46,236 nt of DNA, from the IMG/VR virus record IMGVR_UViG_3300050821_011268, positions 1-46,236 of that record; one strand, written 5' to 3'. The DNA comes from a virus. This document shows, piece after piece, positions 7,384-15,310 of this stretch. Under the pieces are notes generated by a model. It was not told the origin of the DNA. It searched no databases and worked only from the letters and a program-made list of their open reading frames with translations. The translations under genes were made by a program, and so were the position numbers. Each line of letters starts with the position of its first letter. The stretch's first letter is position 1.

Positions 7384-7599
7384 TTAAAAATCATCCCGAC
7401 ATTCCGCTTTAACCGCGTCATATCCAAGTAGTTCATTTAGGGTTACATTTCCTGTGCGCCTTTGGCGTATGACTTCATAACCCATTTTTCCTAGAAGAGA
7501 ATCCAAGACAAAACGAACTTGTAAATCTGATAAATCATAAACACTTATCGGTTGGTCTTGTGGTTTTTCCTGTTCTCGTCTTTCTTCATATGTCTTCAT
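7384..7599 (-). CDS. Hypothetical protein
   Basis: 71-aa ORF with an ATGA overlap with the nuclease gene. Confidence 0.5.
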   Translation of the reverse strand: MKTYEERREQEKPQDQPISVYDLSDLQVRFVLDSLLGKMGYEVIRQRRTGNVTLNELLGYDAVKAECRDDF

Positions 7600-8357
7600 T
7601 CTAACCCCGCGAAGGCCAATGCTGCCGCGTTATTCGCGGATTTCTTGTATTCGCTGCAAATTGGTTTACAAACACACCACAAACAATGCGGCCCAAATTT
7701 GAAATATGGCTTGGGCTTGTTTACTTCGTCAACACCTTTCTTGAACACGTCTTCATATTTCTTGAGCTGTTTAATCGGGATTCGTTTAGTCCGGACGGCT
7801 CCCGCATGATGAAGTGCGCGGGGTTGAATGATGCCTATTTCGGCTTCAATAAAATCCCAATCTTGTTCATCCGCCGCACCAAGTGCATAGTAAATCGCTT
7901 GGGTGTTGAGTGCTCCTGTGGTGGGATCTTCGATTTCGACGACGTGACCCGACCCGTGCTTATAGTCTAACACTGTGAGTAGCCCATAATGTTCCAATAT
8001 GGTGACATCGGCGGTACCCCACATTTCGGGACCAACATTAGTGAGATATATTTTGCGTTCTGGTATGAGTGTTCCATTTTTGCCTCGATTCCAGCGTTTC
8101 TCAATTTCCTTAACCGCGATCTTGACCGCGCCCACCATCTCCTTTGGATAGCCCTTCGGAATGATGAACGCCATCGACGTTTTGAGAATATGTAAGAGCC
8201 AAAGCTCCAACAGCTTATGCGCTTTGGTGCCCTCGGCCATATAAATGGTTTCGGTTTTTGGTGGAGCTTTCTCTGATAAAGAGACGGAGCCGGGGCACTC
8301 AAGCCATATTTCCGAACCACTAGCCGAGAGCTTTGCATGGGCTTTTTCTTTCTTCAT
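7596..8357 (-). CDS. DUF2800 / Cas4-like PD-(D/E)XK nuclease with a Cys cluster
   Basis: LSASGSEIWLECPGS N-terminal motif, VLDYKHG (D-x-K) and C-terminal CLWCVCKPIC. I chose the start at 8357 because of the TAATG overlap. The longer track ORF (to 8507) overlaps the upstream gene. Confidence 0.75.
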   Translation of the reverse strand: MKKEKAHAKLSASGSEIWLECPGSVSLSEKAPPKTETIYMAEGTKAHKLLELWLLHILKTSMAFIIPKGYPKEMVGAVKIAVKEIEKRWNRGKNGTLIPERKIYLTNVGPEMWGTADVTILEHYGLLTVLDYKHGSGHVVEIEDPTTGALNTQAIYYALGAADEQDWDFIEAEIGIIQPRALHHAGAVRTKRIPIKQLKKYEDVFKKGVDEVNKPKPYFKFGPHCLWCVCKPICSEYKKSANNAAALAFAGLE

Positions 8358-8587
8358 TATGCGTCCACGTTCACAGTTACCGGAGTGGTGAGAATAACTA
8401 AACGAGCTTTGAGTATTTCTATTTCTGCAAGTAGGGCACGGTAAGCCGATTTTTCTATCACTTCCACTCTCCGTTCGATATTTCCAGCATAGTATCCGCC
8501 TTCCCATGCGGTGTATCTACGGGTTTCTCCACCTCTGTGGCCGCTATGTGGCCGACTGTCTATTATCCATTCGCGTGGTTTATTCAT
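8357..8587 (-). CDS. Hypothetical protein
   Basis: 76-aa ORF in the operon chain. Confidence 0.5.
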   Translation of the reverse strand: MNKPREWIIDSRPHSGHRGGETRRYTAWEGGYYAGNIERRVEVIEKSAYRALLAEIEILKARLVILTTPVTVNVDA

Positions 8588-8940
8588 ATGGGCAACTGCA
8601 TAGTTCGTAATTCGTTTTTTAACCGACTGTTTTCTAAAATAGCGGCGTCAAGTGCGTCTCTTAATCCTTTGATATCGCTGTCGCGATTTTTCATACCTTC
8701 AAGAGCGGCATTTAGGCGGGCCTGTAAAGAGCGCATAGCCACGACATGTTCATCACTTGCGAAGTCTCGCGCTTGGCGCGCGTGAAGTGTTTCAGCCATG
8801 TCGTTGTGTGCATACTTCAGAGTCTTGATCTCATCCGCTTTTTCGTCCAGTTGGTGAACGGCTTCAAGGAGAGCGTCGATGAGCTTTTCTGTAGGGAGAT
8901 CGAGAAGAAAAAGCACTTTCGTTAAATCGGCGCTATTCAT
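8584..8940 (-). CDS. Hypothetical coiled-coil protein
   Basis: 118-aa ORF with helical heptad-like sequence and an ATGA overlap downstream. Confidence 0.5.
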   Translation of the reverse strand: MNSADLTKVLFLLDLPTEKLIDALLEAVHQLDEKADEIKTLKYAHNDMAETLHARQARDFASDEHVVAMRSLQARLNAALEGMKNRDSDIKGLRDALDAAILENSRLKNELRTMQLPI

Positions 8941-9118
8941 TTTTCTTTTTATCCTTCCACGTGGGTTCTCTGAAATCTCTTAAATATCTGTACAAAGTGG
9001 ATCTTCCAATGCCGAGAGCTTGGGCCACAGTGGTGACGTTGCCGCCATGTTCCGCCCACACTTTTAAGACGTGTTCACGGATGACCTTTTTGAGGGATTG
9101 AATGGGCTCCGGGTTCAT
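8933..9118 (-). CDS. Fis/NtrC-type (HTH_8) DNA-binding protein
   Basis: GGNVTTVAQALGIGRSTLYRYLRDF matches the Fis C-terminal HTH pattern. Confidence 0.7.
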   Translation of the reverse strand: MNPEPIQSLKKVIREHVLKVWAEHGGNVTTVAQALGIGRSTLYRYLRDFREPTWKDKKKNE

Positions 9119-9234
9119 TCTATCTGCCTAAGCCAGTTGATAATCAAGGTTAACCAAACACCCAATAAGAACCCTACCAACATTCTCCCTATGTGATTTG
9201 GGTCGGCCCAAAGCCAGTCAATAAACGCGTTCAC
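9115..9234 (-). CDS. Tiny membrane protein (39 aa; GTG start)
   Basis: VNAFIDWLWADPNHIGRMLVGFLLGVWLTLIINWLRQIE. GTGA overlap with the upstream 41-aa ORF and ATGA overlap with the Fis-like gene. The alternative is the 70-aa track ORF 9115..9327 (TTG start). Confidence 0.35.
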   Translation of the reverse strand: MNAFIDWLWADPNHIGRMLVGFLLGVWLTLIINWLRQIE

Positions 9235-9356
9235 AATGAGAACACCGTCACAATGGAAATGGAAAGTAAAAGCAACAAACCAAAAATCAATGTCGGTATT
9301 GCACAAACGAAAAAACCCTTGGCACAAAAAGTAATGATCATTTCACCAACTTTCAT
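9231..9356 (-). CDS. Tiny membrane protein (41 aa), missed by the ORF track
   Basis: MKVGEMIITFCAKGFFVCAIPTLIFGLLLLLSISIVTVFSL. TGATG overlap with the stop of the upstream gene. Confidence 0.35.
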   Translation of the reverse strand: MKVGEMIITFCAKGFFVCAIPTLIFGLLLLLSISIVTVFSL

Positions 9357-9658
9357 CACATCACTTTAGGCACTCTAGTACCTCCCCAACTCCACAGTTC
9401 CTTAGTTCCGGTCTTCCCCTGTAAGCTCATCACACAATGATTTCTCTGGCCCGCTGTAATGTATAGGAGAAAGTTCACTAAGTTGTTCGCCCAAGTAATA
9501 ATGAGCCAATGGAAGAAATTGAAAGTGTTTCTGGCCAAATACGCGCGCCCAATGCGTTCTGAGATGGTGTCGTCGGGCTCACCACCGAGAATAGTGCTGA
9601 CGAAAGCGTCAATGGCAAAGAGCATGTTGTAGCAATATTGTAAGATTATGCTTATCAT
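9356..9658 (-). CDS. Hypothetical membrane protein
   Basis: 100-aa ORF. The motif ILGGEPDDTISERIG resembles a recurrent phage membrane-protein motif. Two or three hydrophobic segments. Confidence 0.5.
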   Translation of the reverse strand: MISIILQYCYNMLFAIDAFVSTILGGEPDDTISERIGRAYLARNTFNFFHWLIITWANNLVNFLLYITAGQRNHCVMSLQGKTGTKELWSWGGTRVPKVM

Positions 9659-9855
9659 TTTCGTCTCCTTCTCACTGCAAAAATCAAAGCGCTATTTTTA
9701 TACACTTCACTGCGTGGCACGAGAGCGGTTAAACCGAAATCTACATCAAGAATTTTAAGAGTTTGGTTTCTCGTAATGGGCGTTTCGATGGTGAGGACAA
9801 GTGGTTCTAGCCCCATCCGTTTAAGTATTCGATCCATCAATCTAAACCACAGCAT
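9655..9855 (-). CDS. Hypothetical protein
   Basis: 66-aa ORF with an ATGA overlap downstream. Confidence 0.45.
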   Translation of the reverse strand: MLWFRLMDRILKRMGLEPLVLTIETPITRNQTLKILDVDFGLTALVPRSEVYKNSALIFAVRRRRK

Positions 9856-10075
9856 GTGTGCTCCTCATAGATATCGGTTTACCTCTATCTTTTTGCATGC
9901 AGCCGCACGATTTGGTAGATTTATTTGCGATATTTTCTTCCCTCACTGTCGTCACTTGACCACACGTACATTCCGCGCGCCAGAATGACCGACCTTTGTT
10001 ATCCCTGCCGCCCCAATCAATGATGGTGAGTCTAAAATGCGTTTCCCCTACGCGATTTCTTCGCGGTTCCCCCAT
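9842..10075 (-). CDS. Small zinc-ribbon protein, CxC...CGC family (paralogue 1 of 3)
   Basis: FRLTIID...GRSFWRAECTCGQVTTV...KSTKSCGC aligns with ORFs 16720..16938 and 16938..17195. I chose the internal ATG at 10075 because the longer track ORF runs into the tRNA-like gene. Confidence 0.6.
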   Translation of the reverse strand: MGEPRRNRVGETHFRLTIIDWGGRDNKGRSFWRAECTCGQVTTVREENIANKSTKSCGCMQKDRGKPISMRSTHAVV

Positions 10076-10096
10076 AATATTTCCCCTTTTAAAAAG

Positions 10097-10198
10097 CGCC
10101 CAAGGAGGGACTCGAACCCCCAACTTCCGGTTTGACATCTCCGGCGCCCTAGGAAGCCGGACGAACTCCGATACTCTACCTTCTTGAGTTACTTGGGC
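10097..10198 (-). tRNA. tRNA-like gene, non-canonical (102 nt; anticodon not assignable)
   Basis: Minus strand: acceptor GCCCAAG/CTTGGGC, D arm ACTC-AAGAAGGTA-GAGT, T arm GGGGG-TTCGAGT-CCCTC. About 50 nt lie between the D and T arms with no 5-bp stem / 7-nt loop carrying U33. Confidence 0.45.
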
Positions 10199-10342
10199 AC
10201 ATAAAGAGACTCTCCGTATTGCTGATTCGAACAGCTTAAGACCTTCTACTATCCGGACGAATCCGAATATGATCTTTGCCTCTTATGGAGAGACTTTCAG
10301 CAGGCAACCAACCCCCACATCATACGAAGAGCCCCTCAAAAC

Positions 10343-10696
10343 TTATTTCAACAATTTCAAAACAGCCGGATAATCGCTCTCTTCCAAATCATTCGGACTT
10401 TTCACTTTGAATTTTTTCAAAATGGGAATGGCCTTGGATTTGTCGCCTTTGTGTTTCTTGATGAATTTCTTAAAGGCATCCATGACTACGGCCAAAGTGG
10501 GACCGTCTTCTTCAGTGTCTTCGAAAGAGTCCTCTTCTTCGGTGGTGGTCTCTTCTTCGCCAAAGGTCTCTTCTTCCTCTTCTGGCGCGGGCTTCGTAGT
10601 TTTTGCAGGCTTTCCTTTTGCGGGCTTACTGACATAGGCCACAAGTACAGAGGCTTGGTCCGGTGTCAAGTCCGTGAAGGTTAGATCTATTCCCAT
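10343..10696 (-). CDS. Hypothetical highly acidic protein
   Basis: 117-aa ORF. The central run is PEEEEETFGEEETTTEEEDSFEDTEEDG, and the C-terminus is Lys-rich and helical. Confidence 0.55.
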   Translation of the reverse strand: MGIDLTFTDLTPDQASVLVAYVSKPAKGKPAKTTKPAPEEEEETFGEEETTTEEEDSFEDTEEDGPTLAVVMDAFKKFIKKHKGDKSKAIPILKKFKVKSPNDLEESDYPAVLKLLK

Positions 10697-12348
10697 TATA
10701 AACTCCTTTTGTTTATTAGTGTATTGATGGACTGTAACTTTTTAAGATTCGTATTGATTACATAATCGTCAAGTGACTCGTCAAGCGCTAAATATTCGAT
10801 CAGCACTGGTTCTTTCGATGTCCTACGGTGAATACGATCTTGGGCCTGCGAATTATCTTTTGGCGACCAGCTCGTTTCAAGAAAAAGGGCACGCGTAGCC
10901 TTGTCTAAATTGTATCCGACCGCTGTCTGAATATTCATCACCAAAATCCTAGTGCCGCCGCGTTGGAAATTCTCTATCCGCGCTTCACGTTTATTTATGT
11001 TTACTTCCCCTGTCACCACGGCCGGGCAATACTTGTGGAGAACATAGGCCATATTTTCAATCACCCGTTTATGCCAAGCTAATATAAGGATGGACGCTTT
11101 CGTGGTGTCGAGGATCTCTTTCACATAGTTAGCGCAAAATTTTATTTTGGCTTCACCAAGGGTTTGCCGGAACTTCGCGATATCGCCCAGTTCTTGATTG
11201 GTCATGAGCCCATCTTGAAAGCGCTCGAAGAAATCAGACATCGGGCGCTTATTGAGAATCACTTTTTCAAGTGCTTTGATTCGGTAGCCGGTATTTTTGA
11301 TGTAAACCACTTGACTTGATTTATTGACGAAATCCGAACCCTTTTCTTCTCTCCGCATGAAAAGCCCATGCATGCGTTTTGATAGCTCTTCGAGATTTGA
11401 CGACCCCTTATAATCAAGACCAAAGCCATTGTCGTATGCCGCGCAATATCTGACGCCATATTCTTCCTTTGAGCGATGATTGATCACATTCGCGGCGGCT
11501 GATTTAAGAATGGGAAAAAGTTCAATCGGCCGGTTAGGCATTGGTGTGCCGCTCAAAAAAACCACTTTCTCGAATTGGTGAAGTAAGCCGTCCGGATTCA
11601 GTTTGGTGGTGTCGCCACAAAGGGCCTGTGTGCGCTGCGCTCCGCAGTTCACAAACCGCTGTGCCTCTTCAACAATAAGTAGCGGATGAGAAGACCCAAG
11701 GGAGCGGACAAAATCAGACACCAAACTAGAACCGATAAGAGTGTCAGGCACAAAGACAACATCGACTCGTTTAAGCGATTCTTTCTGCGCGAGTTTTCCA
11801 TCGACTGCTCCCCATGAGTTAGGTGATGTTTCCCATTTTTCAATTTCTCTTTGCCAATTTGGAATGAGATGCGGGGGAAGTAAGATGACCGTATTCTTCC
11901 CATAGGTGTTCATGATGGCAATAGCGGTCGGAGTTTTTCCCATACCTTGCTCAAAGGCTAAATAGGAATGATTGCGTTCCATCGCGTGAAGCACGCCTAG
12001 ACGCTGATATTTATCGAGCTGCTGATTTTTGGGAATAAGGATGCCGCTCACCCAAGGTGATAAAATTTCACACGATACGCGGCTAATAATTTTTAGGCAT
12101 TCTGTGTCGAAATATTCCTTGAGGTGGGCGGCCACTCTCAAGTGTGCCGTTTCATAGCGCTCAAGCAAGGGATTGTGCACGAAGCCAGCGCGTTTGATGC
12201 GGTCGGTGTCTGTGGCGAAATGGCCTTCGCACACAAATACCTTGGTTTTTTGATCGAACCAGATTTTCAAAAATTTTTCCCCTTGAGCCCTTTTGAATTC
12301 TTTACCTTGACAATATACACTCGCGCAATGAAAAATTCGAGTTCCCAA
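10696..12348 (-). CDS. SNF2-family (superfamily 2) helicase/ATPase
   Basis: GMGKT (motif I), LLIVEEAQRF (II), LSGTPMPN (III) and QAQDRIHRRTS (VI). TTG start without an obvious SD. Confidence 0.9.
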   Translation of the reverse strand: MGTRIFHCASVYCQGKEFKRAQGEKFLKIWFDQKTKVFVCEGHFATDTDRIKRAGFVHNPLLERYETAHLRVAAHLKEYFDTECLKIISRVSCEILSPWVSGILIPKNQQLDKYQRLGVLHAMERNHSYLAFEQGMGKTPTAIAIMNTYGKNTVILLPPHLIPNWQREIEKWETSPNSWGAVDGKLAQKESLKRVDVVFVPDTLIGSSLVSDFVRSLGSSHPLLIVEEAQRFVNCGAQRTQALCGDTTKLNPDGLLHQFEKVVFLSGTPMPNRPIELFPILKSAAANVINHRSKEEYGVRYCAAYDNGFGLDYKGSSNLEELSKRMHGLFMRREEKGSDFVNKSSQVVYIKNTGYRIKALEKVILNKRPMSDFFERFQDGLMTNQELGDIAKFRQTLGEAKIKFCANYVKEILDTTKASILILAWHKRVIENMAYVLHKYCPAVVTGEVNINKREARIENFQRGGTRILVMNIQTAVGYNLDKATRALFLETSWSPKDNSQAQDRIHRRTSKEPVLIEYLALDESLDDYVINTNLKKLQSINTLINKRSL

Positions 12349-12383
12349 TAAAAAAGGACAGCCATGACATTACGAGAATTTTT
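12307..12383. promoter_or_regulatory. Divergent control region: consensus -35 box plus a dyad centred on the 15-bp intergenic gap
   Basis: TTGACA at 12307-12312, then an 18-nt spacer and AAAAAT (TG immediately upstream). AAAAATTC (12331-38) and GAATTTTT (12376-83) form an inverted repeat whose centre (12357) is the gap between the two start codons. Confidence 0.3.
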
Positions 12384-12567
12384 GGAGATTAATAAACACG
12401 CATTCGTCGCCGAATCCCTTGGCGTCACTCACCAATGTGTGAGCCGATGGCATTGCTACAAAGGTTGCCCTCGCCCGGAACACATGAAAGCCCTTCTTGT
12501 TTTAAGTAGGGGCAAACTCACTTATGCAAGTATCATTGATCCCTTTTTAAAAAATCGGGGGAAATAG
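12364..12567 (+). CDS. Cro/YdaS-like HTH protein
   Basis: ESLGVTHQCVSRWHCYKGCPRPEHMKALLVLSRGKL resembles the YdaS/Cro pattern. It is the first gene of the rightward unit, with SD AAGGA. Confidence 0.6.
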   Translation: MTLREFLEINKHAFVAESLGVTHQCVSRWHCYKGCPRPEHMKALLVLSRGKLTYASIIDPFLKNRGK

Positions 12568-14811
12568 ATGGAAAACCAAATTTTGGCCGAAGGCAAACGC
12601 CTTTGCTCCTTGGGGTGGTGCGTTCATTTATTGAAACCAAAGAGCAAGGCGCCGGTCTATGGATGGAAAGGCACTGCTCCGGGCATGACCTGGGACGTCC
12701 TTGAGGAAAGATACCGGCCGGGCATGAATCTAGGGGTAAGGCTTGGAGCCGTGTCAAAGCTCAAAGGTGGGGGTCTTTTGGCCTGCATTGATGGTGATGC
12801 TAAAACGCCACAAGCCAAGGTGGAAATGCTGGCCTTTTGGAAACAGTGGAAGGCGGATAATTGGCTAGATGACGGGCCAGTGGTCACCACCGGCCGGGGC
12901 TTTGGGTCCTTCCATATGTATGTGAGGACGAAAGAGCCCTTGGCCATGACGACGCTTGGGAAAGGCGAAGGGTGGGAAGTTGTCGCATACTCCAGGGGTC
13001 GTCAAATGGTGCTTCCACCATCGGTCCATCCGAGCGGGTCTTTATATAGGTGGGAAAAGGGCACCGCCCACCAGGCGGTGTTACCACTGGCCTGGTGGGA
13101 CGATAAGGACGCTAGAAATCTGAACGTTGGGCTGGTCGAGGAAAATAAGACGCGGACTTTTTTGAAAGTGGACCTAGATTCCACAAGGCTTGTGGCTGAG
13201 TCAAAGAAATTGATTCGTGACGGGGCACAGCAGGGGGAAAGATCCGAAGCCCTATTTCGGTTGGCTCGAGAAATGCGCAATGTGGGCATGAAGCCCGATG
13301 AGATTGTGTCGGTGCTCACTGAGCCTAGATATGGGATTAGTGCGGCCGCAAGGGATAGGCGAGGCGATAGCCGCGTGGCCCAAGCCGATTGGGTGGATAA
13401 ATATGTGGTTGGCGCGGCTGAGAGTAAAGGGGGAGCTAGGGCGGCATTTCCTAATGACGACGAGATGTGGAAAGATTGGCGGCCACCGGGGGAGCATAAA
13501 CCCTTTTTGGGATTTAATTTTTTGGACCCCGAAAAAGGAAAGCTAAAGCCCGATTATGGCGGGCTACTCAAACACTTCGACGGAACCCATCCCTTTAAAA
13601 CCATAGCCGATATGAAAACGGTTTACGTGTTTAATGGTACCCATTATACAGACGTGACACCTATTGAGATCAAAGCCTTTGCCGAACACAATTTCATCCC
13701 CTCACCAGAAGACAAGATTCGGGGAGAATTTTTAAACAAGGTGCTCGCGAATAATGTAGTAAGGCGCTCTTTCTTTTTCGACACGACAGTCGATAAAATC
13801 AATTTTAAAAATGGTGTTATGGACTTAAAGGCCGGAGAAAATCGGCTTTTGCCGCATTCTTTCACCTATGGTTTCCGCGCGGTCCTTCCTTACGATTACG
13901 ACCCCGAAGCCAAATGCCCAATCTTTCGCAAATGGTTAGAGGGCGTAATGCTAAGAGATGAAACACTCATTCGGATACTTCAAGAATTCATGGGCTATGT
14001 GGTGCGCGGCGGGGACTACAAATACCACAAAGCTCTTTGGTTAAGTGGAAAAGGACGCAACGGGAAAAGCACTTTCATTGACTTGCTCAAAGCCTTGATC
14101 GGCCCAAACAATTTTACCACCGTCAGTATTAAAGCTTTGGTGGGGGACAAATTTGCGGGCGCAGAACTTGACGGTAAGATCGCAAATTTCTCGGAAGAAA
14201 CAAGCCCACAAGAATTAAAGGATTCAGGTCCTTTTAAGAATCTCACGGGCGACGGCGAACTCCACGTGCAGAAAAAATTCGGTGATCCGTACACTTTGAG
14301 AAATCGGGCTAAGCTAATCATGAGCTATAATGAAATTCCGGATCTTTCGGATCTCTCCCACGGAATGCTCTCTAGACCAATCATCATACCTTTTCTCAAA
14401 CAAATTGGTGAAGGGGAACAAGATCGAAGTATCAAGCAAAAACTTGCAAGCGAACTGTCGGGGATATTTAATTTCGCCCTTGAGGGCTGGCATCGGCTCG
14501 AAGAGCAAGGGGAGTTTACACAGAGTGAGAAATCAAAAGGAGCACTTAAGAAGATCAAAAAAGAATCTTGCAATGTCACTCAGTGGGCACTTGATTGCGT
14601 GAAGTTTTTACCCATTGATACGGTGTCAGCGTCCCGCGACCGCATTCGCATCACCAACCGAGTACTATATGCGAGCTATCGGTCACAAGAAAAATATGCG
14701 TATAGTCGGGATAAGTTTTTTAAACGTCTGAATCGTATTTCTGGGTTTAGTGAAAGGCGGGTAAAATTGAATGGAATTAGGGCTTATTATGATGTCGATT
14801 TATTGACGTAA
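12568..14811 (+). CDS. Bifunctional primase-polymerase fused to a P4/D5-type replicative helicase
   Basis: Prim-pol motifs IDGD and PPSVHPSGSLYRW. Walker A is GKGRNGKST within a P4-family C-terminal region. 747 aa. Confidence 0.9.
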   Translation: MENQILAEGKRLCSLGWCVHLLKPKSKAPVYGWKGTAPGMTWDVLEERYRPGMNLGVRLGAVSKLKGGGLLACIDGDAKTPQAKVEMLAFWKQWKADNWLDDGPVVTTGRGFGSFHMYVRTKEPLAMTTLGKGEGWEVVAYSRGRQMVLPPSVHPSGSLYRWEKGTAHQAVLPLAWWDDKDARNLNVGLVEENKTRTFLKVDLDSTRLVAESKKLIRDGAQQGERSEALFRLAREMRNVGMKPDEIVSVLTEPRYGISAAARDRRGDSRVAQADWVDKYVVGAAESKGGARAAFPNDDEMWKDWRPPGEHKPFLGFNFLDPEKGKLKPDYGGLLKHFDGTHPFKTIADMKTVYVFNGTHYTDVTPIEIKAFAEHNFIPSPEDKIRGEFLNKVLANNVVRRSFFFDTTVDKINFKNGVMDLKAGENRLLPHSFTYGFRAVLPYDYDPEAKCPIFRKWLEGVMLRDETLIRILQEFMGYVVRGGDYKYHKALWLSGKGRNGKSTFIDLLKALIGPNNFTTVSIKALVGDKFAGAELDGKIANFSEETSPQELKDSGPFKNLTGDGELHVQKKFGDPYTLRNRAKLIMSYNEIPDLSDLSHGMLSRPIIIPFLKQIGEGEQDRSIKQKLASELSGIFNFALEGWHRLEEQGEFTQSEKSKGALKKIKKESCNVTQWALDCVKFLPIDTVSASRDRIRITNRVLYASYRSQEKYAYSRDKFFKRLNRISGFSERRVKLNGIRAYYDVDLLT

Positions 14812-14828
14812 AAATGGTCAAAAAATCA

Positions 14829-15074
14829 GGGACACTTGTTAATATGACCCTAATAAATAAAAGTTGTACGGCACACTTGCACGTGACCCTTACAACACCA
14901 AGTGACCCTCGAAGTGTCCCCGAGGTTTTCATAGGAGAAATAGTATATAAGGGACACTAGGGACACTTGTTTTATATATTAATAGAGAAGAAGAGTATAA
15001 ATATAAGAATAAGGGTAAAATAGAGGTAAAATGTAATCCTGGGAGAGAAGTAAAGAAACTCGTTTTGGTGTCCC
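14829..15074. repeat. Iteron-like GGGACAC repeats in the 500-bp non-coding region (origin and/or regulatory sites)
   Basis: GGGACAC at 14829, 14951 and 14960. Its complement GTGTCCC at 14914 and 15068. The 12-mer GGGACACTTGTT occurs twice (14829, 14960). GTGACCCT occurs at 14883 and 14902. A purine-rich AT tract lies at 14975-15060. Confidence 0.45.
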
Positions 15075-15156
15075 TGATCAAAAAACCGGCTCAAAATGGG
15101 CCAGAAAAAGGAGTAAACGAAATGACTGGTAGAGAAGAGAAATTTGAACGAGCAAA

Positions 15157-15306
15157 ATGGTGATGCAATTACTGGCCGCGAGTATTGCGGGCGCTGAAGC
15201 GCATGAGAGTTCTAAGTGGGTATTGGAAAATGAAGAGCTAATACGAAAATTGATTTTGTGTGCGGAAAAAACTGTGGATTTGGTTCTAAAAAGAAATTTC
15301 GGATAA
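15157..15306 (+). CDS. Possible 49-aa ORF, preceded by a coupled 13-codon ORF (15121..15162)
   Basis: SD AAAGGAG lies before ATG 15121 (MTGREEKFERAKW). Its stop overlaps ATG 15157 (ATGGTGA). Weak evidence only. Confidence 0.2.
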   Translation: MVMQLLAASIAGAEAHESSKWVLENEELIRKLILCAEKTVDLVLKRNFG

Positions 15307-15310
15307 TGAA

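Noticed and set aside
7596-8507. Long (303-aa) version of the nuclease ORF
   Set aside because: The extra 50 N-terminal residues overlap the upstream gene 8357..8587 and are Arg/Ser/Cys-rich junk. The family motif LSASGSEIW starts right after the internal Met at 8357.
10097-10198. Reading the tRNA-like gene as tRNA-Sec or as a suppressor tRNA
   Set aside because: A 9-bp acceptor stem can be drawn and TCA/CTA triplets are present. However, no stem-loop places them at positions 34-36 with U33, and the D arm is an ordinary 4-bp type. The idea is not supportable by hand folding.
10199-10342. A second complete tRNA upstream of the tRNA-like gene
   Set aside because: Only a T-arm-like hairpin (10221-10235) and a partial acceptor pairing can be drawn. 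No D or anticodon arm can be drawn, and the element would be about 45 nt.
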